64,000 bases of DNA from Hormiphora californensis (taxonomy: Eukaryota; Animalia; Ctenophora), in NCBI GenBank assembly GCA_020137815.1, contig CM035355.1, forward strand, positions 1,736,001 through 1,800,000. Direction: 5' to 3'. Made by a program: the position numbers and the translations under genes. The notes beneath the pieces are model-generated. The model saw only the letters and a list, made by a program, of their open reading frames with translations. It ran no database searches and was not told where the DNA came from. This document shows positions 21,001 to 37,595 of this stretch, piece after piece (within the stretch, counting starts at the first letter, position 1; each line of letters begins with the position of its first letter).

Positions 21001-24000
21001 CTTCCCTCATCGCCGGAGACCGGGGGTAAACCCAAGTGATGTGGAGAAAGAGGATCACGAGATGAGATACGAATCAACATACCTCGATTATTTGGAGATG
21101 CTGATCCAATATGGCTATGTGGTCTTGTTTATCCCGGTGTACCCCCATGCAGCATTGTATGCACTTATCAATAACATTATAGAGACACAAACTGATGCAT
21201 TCCGACTTGTGAAACGATCCCGTCGACCTCTTCCCTCATCCTATTCACCGGGAAAGTTTTGGAAACACGGATTTACTGCGATGAGTCTGGTAGCCGTGGT
21301 AACAAATAGTGAGATGATCAGAATCTCGGGTATTTTCGGGGAATACCCCCTGGGAAGGTCGATATTTCTCTCCGGAGTTACCTTTTTGATCGTTTACTTG
21401 ATGGTTAGGAGATTTGTTGGTGGAGTTGAGACTCTACTTAAAAGGAAGCGGGAGTAAAATACTATTCTGCAACTGATTTTAGAACCTTTTTGTAACTTGT
21501 AACTATTGTGTATGTCTGTTTTTCATTTCTCAATTGAATGATCGAGTGGTATAGTCTGTGATCTAGTGGTGGGAAATTGGTGGTTTTCATCGTGCGAATG
21601 GGTAATTTCTCGAAACCCCTAACATGGACGTCTTGAAAAACTCAGATCATCACTTACAAAATTGGATCTGTCATTATTCTTGGTAATGCCAGTTTGATTT
21701 TGTGTTTTAACTCCTTCTACTACCCAGGCCAAGATGAGGAAGAAGACACGGTGAAAGAAGAGGTTTTCAAAAAGACTTATATTCCCCGAGTGCTTGATGA
21801 AGTGAGGAACTTTGAACAGGATCTCAATAAGGTAACAATACCCTCCCAAATCGAATACATCTCCTTAGCTTAGTACATCCCACCACCGGCCCACCCCCTG
21901 TTTTTATCCCCTCCAGCTACCCTTCTATGACGTATTAAGCAAACGTTCACTGTGCTTGAACATCATCTCCCTCATATGTTATAACCCCCTTTTCCATCCG
22001 TGTTTTAACCTCATTCTCCACCTTCTACCCCCTCTTGTGTTATAGGTTGGCGAGGAAGGGACTGACCATGAGGTTATGTACAGGGAAGTTATTGGACTGT
22101 CTCATGACATGAGATCAGCATCTACCAAACCCAGGCTCCTGGAGGTAGAGGGAGAACTAGCAGAGGAGGAGGATGAGGAGGAGGAAGAGATGGGTGAGTG
22201 AACGTGATCAGGGGATGGGGAACAATTTCATACTAGGAAGTAGGGTATTGGGTAGTACTGTAGGGGGAATGGGGTGATACGTGCGTCAAATGTGCAGCAT
22301 GATAACCGACTTGTCGTTATCTTCTGAACTATAATGTGGTTTATGGTTATACGAAGGGTTGTCTAACACTGCATAATATTCGTCTACTTGTTCATACTTT
22401 TTTGTAGCGTGGACAGTGTCATGCGACTCAAAATATTCAAAACTTGAATATACTTTCACACGTACCGTACGTCTTTCATTATCTATCTCTTTTTATCTCT
22501 ATCTCTCTCTAATTCACAAAACCACCGCTCTTATCAGTCCACTGCTGCAGGTCTCACACCTGTATATTTCCACTATGCTTCTCTTGCTCCTCCTAGTTGT
22601 AACTCCAGCAACTCTAGCCCGACGCGATCCTGAGGAGCACCTTAAAGTTCCCCAACTCATCCGGTTCTGGGGTTACCCTTTTGAGAACCACTGGGTTACA
22701 ACCCCAGATGGTTACATCCTAAACGTGCACCGGTTACCCCGTCCTGGTGCCAGGGTGGCCTTCCTGCAACACGGTCTAGAGGACTCCAGTGCGACATGGG
22801 CAGTTAACAAACCAAACCAGAGTTTGGCATTTATCATGTACGACAGGGGGTTTGATGTGTGGATGGGGAATGTCAGGGGGAACACCTACTCCAAGAATCA
22901 CACTACTCTTCCTGTCAAAAGTGATAAATTCTGGGCATTTTCGTTTGATGAGTTTGCCCTGATTGATCTGCCTGCCATGGTAGATTATGTCCTAGATCAC
23001 ACCTACTCCGCTACACTATCCTACATAGGCCACTCCCAGGGGACCATGATGGGGTTTATCGGATTCTCTCAGAACACTTCTCTAGCAACCAAAATCAGCA
23101 GTTTCTCAGCCCTAGCTCCAGTAGCTAGGATTACACACGTGGAGGGGCTGATCAAGTATTTAAACCTTGCTGAACCCCAGATAGAAACTCTAATCCGGTG
23201 GTTGGGTCTAAGAGAGGTTACCGTCCCGGATTGGATGATGGCCATCTTGGTTACCTTTGTGTGCCCCACCAAGAGTCATGATCTCTGTCTAAATCTCATG
23301 TTCATTGGCTGTGGCTGGGACACTAGTAACATGAACCAAACCAGGATACCGGTCTACGCGGGACATGCCCCGGCAGGTACCAGTACTCAGAACATTATCC
23401 ACTGGGCACAACTTCTCCGTGACCAGAAACTACAAAAGTTTGATTATGGGAAGAGGGAGAATATTGCCAGATACAACAGTCCCACACCCCCTGAGTATGA
23501 TATATCAGAGTTAAGAGTCCCCACTGCACTGTTTGCGGGTGGGAATGATTATCTGGCAGACCCCAGGGATGTGGCGTGGTTGGAGGGGGAGCTGGAGCAG
23601 GGAGTGATCCGGACTAATGTATTTCTGGATGATTACAACCATCTTGATTTTGTGTGGGGCTTGGAAACTGATGAGAGGATTTACAAGAGAATGATTAAGT
23701 TCATCAAGTCCCAGTTGTGGTAAATTGCTACAGTTTATATTGTGTGCCAGGGAAGGGGGGGGGGGGGTTGGGAACTTGGAAGTGTTTTTTCATGGGATAT
23801 TTATCGAACATTGTTTTTAACACCGCTCTCTTTTTAGACGTGGACGAAGATGCAGAAGATGAGGAAGACGAGGGAGAAGAAGAAGAGAGGGAGGGAAGAC
23901 ATAATACTTGCCATAAAAAACTGTCCAAAGATGAGAATAAAGAGAGAAAGAAGCAGTTCAAAGCAGTCAAGGCTGATAACCGGACTAAAAAGTTGCCAAA

Positions 24001-24040
24001 ACATCTCAAAAAGGCGAAAGAGAAGAAGTTTAAGAAGTGA
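8887..24040 (+). CDS. RIOK1: RIO kinase 1, about 12 exons (8887-8907, 9215-9393, 9614-9781, 9933-10048, 11619-11721, 12029-12153, 17589-17801, 17948-18040, 18176-18304, 21728-21831, 22046-22193, 23838-24040)
   Basis: [99 protein letters not shown], and a Lys-rich KLPKHLKK C-terminus. Confidence 0.95.
9787..9853. repeat. Roughly 18-bp tandem repeat (GTCACGTGATCCTTAGAT, about 3.5 copies) carrying E-box cores, RIOK1 intron 3
   Basis: Read directly; ends in the palindrome GTCACGTGAC at 9844-9853. Confidence 0.75.
10052..11459. mobile_element. Non-autonomous Tc1/mariner-superfamily DNA transposon (TA TSD) in RIOK1 intron 4
   Basis: TA|CCGTAAGTTGGGGTAACTTTG ... CAAAGTTACCCCAGATTACGG|TA; GGGGTAACTTTG repeated subterminally; internal inverted repeat 10554-10849; no transposase ORF. 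Confidence 0.88.
11841..12010. repeat. (CT)n microsatellite
   Basis: Read directly. Similar tracts at 27816-27925, 33637-33735, 44483-44740, 47327-47450 and 54344-54480. Confidence 0.95.
12343..16241 (-). CDS. LDL-receptor class A repeat-containing rhodopsin-family GPCR (GRL101-like), nested antisense in a RIOK1 intron; interrupted by a hAT MITE and about 3 apparent frameshifts at 15430-15750
   Basis: Signal peptide [12 protein letters not shown]; LDLa repeats ([47 protein letters not shown]); 7TM with [19 protein letters not shown] and [11 protein letters not shown]. Confidence 0.88.
14136..14956. mobile_element. hAT-type MITE (821 bp, 12-bp TIR, 8-bp TSD) inside the GPCR coding sequence
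   Basis: TIR TAGGGTGTGCTA / TAGCACACCCTA; TSD CTCTTCAC at 14128-14135 and 14957-14964; subterminal IR CAATTACGTGGGCC at 14248 and 14821. Removing the element and one TSD joins ...AFCEE to SRAMVS in frame. Confidence 0.92.
19704..21457 (+). CDS. Anoctamin (ANO8/ANO10, TMEM16K-like), intronless CDS nested on the same strand in a RIOK1 intron; apparent +1 frameshifts near 19710 and 20675
   Basis: [80 protein letters not shown]. Confidence 0.85.
22575..23723 (+). CDS. Acid lipase (LIPA/LIPF family), secreted or lysosomal, intronless, nested on the same strand in the last RIOK1 intron
   Basis: Signal peptide, [36 protein letters not shown] nucleophile, [15 protein letters not shown]. Confidence 0.95.
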   Translation: MLLLLLLVVTPATLARRDPEEHLKVPQLIRFWGYPFENHWVTTPDGYILNVHRLPRPGARVAFLQHGLEDSSATWAVNKPNQSLAFIMYDRGFDVWMGNVRGNTYSKNHTTLPVKSDKFWAFSFDEFALIDLPAMVDYVLDHTYSATLSYIGHSQGTMMGFIGFSQNTSLATKISSFSALAPVARITHVEGLIKYLNLAEPQIETLIRWLGLREVTVPDWMMAILVTFVCPTKSHDLCLNLMFIGCGWDTSNMNQTRIPVYAGHAPAGTSTQNIIHWAQLLRDQKLQKFDYGKRENIARYNSPTPPEYDISELRVPTALFAGGNDYLADPRDVAWLEGELEQGVIRTNVFLDDYNHLDFVWGLETDERIYKRMIKFIKSQLW

Positions 24041-24290
24041 TTTTGACTGATCTTTTTAAATTATTTGGCTGTTCCTTTCTTTTAAACTTTCTTAATTTAT
24101 CCGAAAACAAAAGCTGTTCTATTGCTTGTTACTTGTGTCGGTAACTGTAAGGCTGAATGTAAGGTTCATATTACGCAAGCAAGCTTCAGAATGTCAGAAT
24201 CTTGCTTGTGTTGACTGTTGTACGTGTGGCTCTGGTGTGCGTGTTTATGAAACAGTTTCCCAAGAACTCCCTCATCTCTCACTTTATTTG

Positions 24291-24522
24291 GTAACCATGG
24301 CAACGACTTCCAAATTTGGTTGCCCACGCCGCGCTAAGTGATCTCAGCGCGCGAAGTTATCTGCTCAGAACTCACTGCGCGCTGCGTTTATGGGCAATTT
24401 GCCGTTGGCAGCCGCTACCTGATGAACGAGATCAGAACAGTGCAAAGAAGCCATTTATTGAGGTAATTAAGTGCGTGGAAGGCCATTAGAAGTAAACTTT
24501 TGTTTTCTGTTGCCATGGTTAC
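24291..24522. promoter_or_regulatory. Pair of RFX X-box-like palindromes
   Basis: GTAACCATGGCAAC 24291-24304 and GTTGCCATGGTTAC 24509-24522. Confidence 0.45.
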
Positions 24523-24911
24523 CTCATGAGAAGTAAAACAAATTGGATTTCAAACTAAAATCATCACAGTTCGCACCAATAAACACATTTAAACTTTACA
24601 GCTTGTACGATGTATATATTTCTGGGGATATTTAACTCTGGTAAAGTTTCTATACACTTCTGTACAGGATAAAAAGCAAGCAGGAGATATTAGTCCACAT
24701 ATGTGTAACAACAACCAGCAACCTATTGTTCAAGAATAAAAGTTAATAACTGGGGTAGCTAAAATCTATATTCTTCCATATATCACCATAGGCCTATAAT
24801 AATAAAGGCCCTATATCACTTAATATCACATAATATGTCAGGAAAGCAATGATATAGGAAGGTCTGTTGGCAGGCTGAATAATGAATAATAAGGGGGAGG
24901 GGTTCCAGGAT

Positions 24912-30553
<5,642 letters not shown>

Positions 30554-33500
30554 TCAAAACAGGTTTTTGAGTGATTTATAGCTAATAACTTGAGTACCAG
30601 CTGGCATAGTTGCGTCGTATGATTAACAAAAGTTCACTCCATCTATCGATACACACTTGAGAGACTACGTCAACGATGTGAGGAGTGTCGAGTGAAGACT
30701 GAGGTTCAAATTTCGAAAATTCCAGTTTAAAAAAACATTTCGCGTTTGTGTGAAAATAATATATAAGGAACCATAATAAAGTTCAAGAGCCTCCAAGAGC
30801 ACCCAAAAGCGTACCCGATCAAAGAGAGACCACACCTGAGAGCGCACCACACCCAAAGAGACCACATCCAAGAGCGCACCACCTCCAGAAGACACCACTT
30901 CAGAGCGCACCACAAAAAGCTCATCAGATACCACGTTTCAGGGGAACCAAAACTGAGGCAGAGCAATTTGCCTGTATTTGATACAGGTTCTCTTTCGACT
31001 GGAGCCACGCGGAGTCTGGACGGGAGTCATCTGAGTGATGGTCCAATTCGGAAGTGGTCTTTTAGAAAGAGTTCGCTTTGGATGTGGTGAATAATTTGAA
31101 CTTTTTGGTTCCTAAAATCTTGGTTTCAGGCGCGCGCGAAAAGTTTCAGTTCAACGGCCGCGCATCAAGAAATCTCAGTTGAAAGCGTAATAATTCGCGC
31201 GTTACGTGCAATTTGCACAAATTCATTTCGAAAATTCCAATTCAACAAACGAAACACAACTGTTTTGAATGAAAAAATTTAACAAAATAGTAGCAAAATA
31301 AAGAATGCATCGTAATAAATCATCTGCGTGCATTACCCTCTAGCCTCAGCCACTAAGTTAATTGGATTTTCATTGCAAGTCTAACTTAATCCTCGATTTC
31401 AATCAAATTCAAATTCAAAGAAATCGAAAAACCGAAACCCTTGGCTGCAACCTGTTCCAGCTTGAGCAGTCGTAAATTACGCTAGATCGCTTCGCGTCGG
31501 GCTCGACCAGTTCTGGGAACATTTAACAGATCAAGTGCAGTACGGTCCCAGTCACCCTTACCCAATTGAATTTATAGTTTATTAGGTATAAAGTATTACA
31601 AGCCACGGCTGCCTATGGCAGTATCATTCCGAACTGTAAATTCCCAATTCCGAATGATAGTGGTAACTTGATTCGTTAAGGATCAAAGAAATAGTTAAGC
31701 TGCAGTGGACTTACAACAATTTAACTTCGTACACGATTGAGGATAATAACATTCGTGATTTTAGTACACTTCAAAAATATTAATACTTTGATTCATGTGA
31801 GTCGATAAGAACAGACTGATTAGTGAAACTTTTCCATGTAATTGATATGTAGTTCAAACGTACCGCTTTCGGATCCTGAAAGGTTAAAAATCTAAATGTT
31901 AGTAATACAACCAATAAATGGAATTAAATGCCATTAGAGGATTTTTTGAAGTTCGAACCCGTCTTTCTCAACGGAGCCGTTAGGATGCAAGTAGCACATT
32001 TAATCAAGCCAAAGTCGTCGAATGAATGCGTGCACTCTTACATTCCGAGTTATGGTCATAGCCAGGGCGGTAATTCATGAACGCTAAGTGGGATAAAAGA
32101 GCCTGCAACCTTGCGAAATGGAATTCTTAGAACCTTTGCTTCCAAATTTTATCCATGCACATGTAGTTATATGTTCGAACACAAATGACACCTTAGTTAC
32201 CAGTTGATGCAAAATTTTTCGGTTCTAATTATGATTTTCAAGGTATTCAGCTGCTTAAGTGTCAAAATTACTAATGCCTGTGTAAATGGCATTGTTTCAC
32301 TCTTGAAGCGTATGGTGAGGACAAAAGCCAAAATACATTTTACAAACTCTCTACGTTCCAAATTACCTGGCCTTACGCAAAATCGACGATTAGGCGGCCA
32401 ACTGGGTCTTTGGCATCTGCGGCACTGTTACGAAGTCTGGAGTTCCAACTCCAAAATTTCAAATCCACCTTAAGGGCCATTTTAGCCCATTTTTGGCGTT
32501 TTTTCAATTAGCGATAATTAACGAACCAAAAGTTTTTCGGACCTAAAATAAGCGGTATTTGTACCTCCATTATCATATGTTAGCATGTGAGAAGTTTCAC
32601 TGAAATCGGAGGAGGTGAGTGTTCTTATCGACTCTACTACCAGTTGAATGTTGATTTAGTTCACCAATCACCGTCGGCAGCTTCCGGAATCTGAATGGAA
32701 AAACAACATGTTAGTATGGAATTGGAAACTTTTTTTACTCTATCAGCACAGAGATTATTATATGTCCAATCTGAAGGCATTTTCTAAAGTTCGAGTACTT
32801 TCTTTCTCCACGAGCACGGATTAGGCAATGGTAGAGTAGCACATTTTAATCAAAGCAGCTCAGGTGCGAATGAATGCATGCATCTTACATTCCGCAGTTA
32901 GTGTTACATAGCCAGGGCTGTTCATGAAATATTTAGTGGCAAAAAAGAGCCCACACCTTCTGGAAGGATATTCTTAGAACCATTTGCTTCCAGAATTCTT
33001 GTATCCATGCTATTGTTGTTATATGTTCGAACCACAATAACAACCCTGTATGTTACAGTAGGCAAATTCAATTTTTCGTGTTCTATATTATGATTTTCCA
33101 CTGTATTAACCACTGCAGTTAGTGTCACACAATTCTGTCTGTCTCTTGTGTAATACAATTGTTGTACACTCATTGAAGCGTTATGTGTGCGTGTACAACA
33201 ACTCCTGAATACATTTCTACAAACTCTCTCCCCGTTTCCCTATTCCTGTGCTCTCTTCTTGCCTTCTCATTATCGGTGGCAATTAATGAGTCTTCTGCTT
33301 CTTCTGGAGGCATGTTGACACGCTCATTTTGCTCAGTCTTATCTATGTTTTGCTAAATGTACCGAAACTAAACGACAAAAACCCATTTCTGTCTGCTATA
33401 TGAATTTCCTTTGAGGTTTTTAATGGCATTTTTCTTTGTCTGAATTTTTCGATAGAAGAGAAAAAGTAAACTGAAATAGATGAGTAAGAATTAGAGAAAA

Positions 33501-33632
33501 AACGACGGTATTGTAGCCAAGACAAGAGTAGAGAAGTGTAGAGGAGAGCTAGAGAGAAGAAAGATGTAACTATGGAAGAGGGAAGGAAGAAGAGAAGATA
33601 GAGAGGAAGACAGTCTGTAGCGAGGAAGATTT

Positions 33633-33738
<106 letters not shown>

Positions 33739-34323
33739 TAGAGAAGTTGTAGAGTATGCTGAGATAGAGCGAAGACCAGAGTAGAGAGTAGAGCGGAGTG
33801 GAGGATAGAGAGAGGGAGGGAGGATAGAGAGGATAGAGAGAGGGAGAGAGTGGAGAGAGGGAGGGAGAGAATTTGTAATGGCTGGTATACACTGACTGTG
33901 TGTGTACGGCTTGGTAGCTTCAGTGTCGTTACTATAAATAAACCACTTCTAAGTTGCATGACTCTTATTTTGATTGTATTCACATATTTTTTGTTCCATT
34001 TGAATGATTGTGCTCTGATTGATTATCAATTTTCGAGTTCTGTGGAAGGAGAAATGTTATTTTCAAATCATCCAATAAATGGAATCACATTGAATCATGA
34101 TACTATTGTCAAATAATAAAATCTCTACCAAACAATCACTCCAGGAAACTCCTGCTCTAGCCTATCCCTTTTCCTGTATTGAATGTTTTATGAAGGAGCA
34201 GCTAATTTTGAGATTCTTGTAGTTCTAACTTGTATTGTGATTTTATGCTAACCATGGTATTTCTTTTCATGGCAGGCAGGCTGCCCTCGTGAATGGTGGA
34301 AAAACTAGTAGCGCTGAGTGTTC

Positions 34324-36620
34324 ATGGAAAATAATAATGATGACTCAGACGACAGTCATGCAGGAACTCAACTCCAAGAAGAAGGCGACTCCGACTCTGA
34401 TGATCCACCGAATATACAGCTTAATAGAAAAGATTCTCGATTCGACGGGATTCTTAATACCATAAGCAATGCGGTTTCACTAAAGGGAATATTAAGCAGA
34501 CACAGTCGCAAATGGACGTAAGTTAAGAGTTTTTGAGATAGACCAGTTTTGAGATTGTTTAACTATCTTTCTTATTTTTTTCAGCTCAAAGAGTTCCTTG
34601 CAATTGTTGACAATGCATTCGATGCTCATTTTTATTGCCACCGCTGTCCCGAACATACAGTGGCCATTTATCATCCTCTTCTTTCAAAACCAGGTATGAT
34701 AACTAACAACAATTAAATACTTTTGTGTGACGGGAAACTCATCTCCTTTTTTCCTAAAACCCACTCTCTTTCAGGGCAGCAGTGTTTTCTCAATATCTTT
34801 CTACGCATCATGTATGAGTATTTTTGTGTTGATCACCTCTCTCTGTTCACCGATACTAAAGCAGTACCTCCCGCTAAAACAACTCCTTATCCTGTAAGTA
34901 AACATGATTTTACTTCAATCGTTTAAAACTTCGACTCAACTTGACCCTAATCGCCCCCTAATGATCACTACTAGGTGCCTCGCCATTCTGTGTTTAACAA
35001 CTTGTGGTCATGGGTTAATAGAATACCTAACGAGTCCCAGTGCGAGTGTGGTCATAGCATCACTGATCCGTGTCGCACAAGGAGTCTCATCGACCATGAT
35101 TCAGGTTTGCAGCGGGGACTTTTATTTTGTGGGAGAAGTTGCGGAAAAAAGTTTATTTTGTAATCTACTGTGATTGGGAACGAGTCCGGTGCGGTTGATT
35201 AAAAAGTTCTTTTTTAGGTTTTGGCAGTGTCAATTCTAATCAAGAGGTTTCCTGACAAGAGCGGGAGAGTTTCGGCAGTAAACGAAAGTGCCCTTGGTCT
35301 AGGTCACTCACTGGCACCTCTAATAGGTGGAATCGTGTATGATAAGGGTGAGTATGCACTAGGACTATCATGGCAACTGTATTAGTGTTTGGTATTTTGG
35401 TAATATATTTGGTTTGGTAAATATTTACTACGCAGTTTCCTAACAGCCTCCCTCCCCCCAGTTGGTTTCCTCTGGACCTTCCTAATCCTTGGTTCAGTGG
35501 GATTGGTAGCGATTGTTCCAGTTCTGGCCATGCCTACCCGGAAGTTTGGAAGTGCCAGCTCTGCAGCCCTAAATGGAGAGGACTCCAACGAAGACGGGGT
35601 CAAGTGGAGAGACCTACTGTTCCTGTCACCTGTGGCCGTTTGTACCGTGGCCGTGCTGTGTGAGACGTGTGTTGAGTGGGTGATGGCGCTGTATATCAAT
35701 GATATGTTTGGGGAAGATGCTACCCTTAGCGGCCTCGTTCTCTCTGCCCTCTCACTATCATCCATCCTGTTCGCGTTCATGTTGGGTAAGAAAACTGGGC
35801 AGAAAACTGGGACTTGCTATTTTCTACCACAGACTAGAACTACAACATACAATTAACATTCAATCTATTTTCAGGGTACATTTGTGATCGAGTAAACCCC
35901 TTCCTAATGGGTGTGGCAGGCTGTGGGCTCTGCTCCCTGGGATATCTTCTGATGGTGCCGCCCCCAGGTCTGGGGATACCCGTTAGCAAACCCATGATTC
36001 TAGCTGCAGCAATTCTAGCTGGTAAGTGGGGGAATGAATTATTGAGTTTGAATTTAGAATACACACTACACAATGCTTTTTCACAATTATTGTTGTGTGT
36101 TGTAATATACATCTGTGTAATGAATTGTCACAGTGTATGTAACTACCCACTTCCCAGGCTTCGGTTCCTCTAATGATCTGGCTGCACATCATGCCCGCAA
36201 TGCTCTTTGTAAAGACGAAGTGCAGGGACAAACCAGTGGACTGGCGGTCTCTCAAACATGGTGTCACTTCTCTATGCTGTGGGGATCAGTGTGGGAGAGA
36301 CCGGTGGATTCCTATATCGCAGGTACTACTTCTCACTTCAGGGAACTACTACCACTTAGTAAATGTGACACTTGTCAAGATACTACCAGGTATCGATATT
36401 AATCGTATCTATCTCTCTCCCAGGAGCCCTTGAGACGTGGTGCACATACTGGGAATACTTTGCCATTCTATCAGCAACCATGGCACTTACTACCATTTTC
36501 ACAACAATCTGCTATATCTCTAGCAGGAGAAGTCTGTGTAGGGCCCGGTCTTCCAGTACCATTCGCTCCTCTACACCAAGTAGCTACGATGTGGTTGTGC
36601 TTGATATAACCAGCCAGTAG
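34324..36620 (+). CDS. MFS transporter, SLC18B1-like, about 9 exons
   Basis: LIRVAQGVS, ILIKRFPDKSGRV...GLGHSLAPLIGGIVYD and further hydrophobic segments joined by GT-AG introns. Confidence 0.7.
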
Positions 36621-37595
36621 AGATACAGGACGAGTTGCCAGACAAGGCAACTAAATAAGGAATCAGGATTTAATAACTTTGTTGAAAATTATTTAATTGA
36701 CATTTCACCCCGTTTTAACTTTAATTTCATAGCTGTACACTCAGATGAATTGTGAAATTTGTTATACTAAATTTAATTTGTTGAAGAATTAGAACTGACA
36801 GTGACGTGTGAATAACAATGAATGAAAATTGAACTAAATAATTGTTTTTTTTGCACTGTCGATGAAATGGTGTCATGGAATAAATTGTGACCGGGTGATA
36901 TGACATACTTAAGCAATGAGACACGTCTTGACTGCTCGCCTATTAGACAGGAGGTGTAATCGATTAAAAACAAACAATAAGTGCCACGGAATCCGACAAC
37001 TTTGGATCTTGGAAGTGGAAGTCTCAGTGTTGTGTTTTGTTTACAATTACGGCAGTGAACCGCCCTGTCTCACGCGCGCACCAATACCTCGCGCACACTC
37101 CCCTAACTGTGTGTCCCCGCCGCACACGTCACCCCGCTCCCTACCTTTCACTGCCTGGAATTCAGGGTCAGAAGGGGACAGGTTGCTCAATGTCCAGGAG
37201 TCTGGCAGGGAAATCTTGAGTTAACCACCTCCCGTGTGCAGGAGTAGGGAGAGTCCAGATGATGAAAATGTCCTTCATTGCTAGAAAACAAATTTGGCTG
37301 TTAGATAATGAGGGGGCTGGATAGTGGATAGGTTCGAGGGAGTCAGGGAAGGTTAAGATTGTGTGGCTCACACCGCACTCTCTCACTCTCTGTGAGGGTT
37401 CAGGGTTCGGTATATCAAGGGATAGAGTGGGAATTCTGTATATATGGAGAGGAATATCAAAAACCGGATGAACAAAACGAATTAAATGCAAATTATAAAA
37501 ACAAGATAAAAGAGAGTTGCAAACAAGCGATATGCCGGTCGGAGTGTGATCATCCCCTCGTCTCAATGATGCAGACGATTAATTAGTTCAATAAT

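Noticed and set aside
22193-22575. RIOK1-lipase fusion by splicing exon 11 to the lipase acceptor
   Set aside because: The join is out of frame and stops within about 27 codons.
31985-33230. Diverged duplication of about 350 bp (31990-32350 versus 32835-33230)
   Set aside because: The second copy differs mainly by scattered indels and decays into a low-quality (GA)n region; probably an unmerged poor read.
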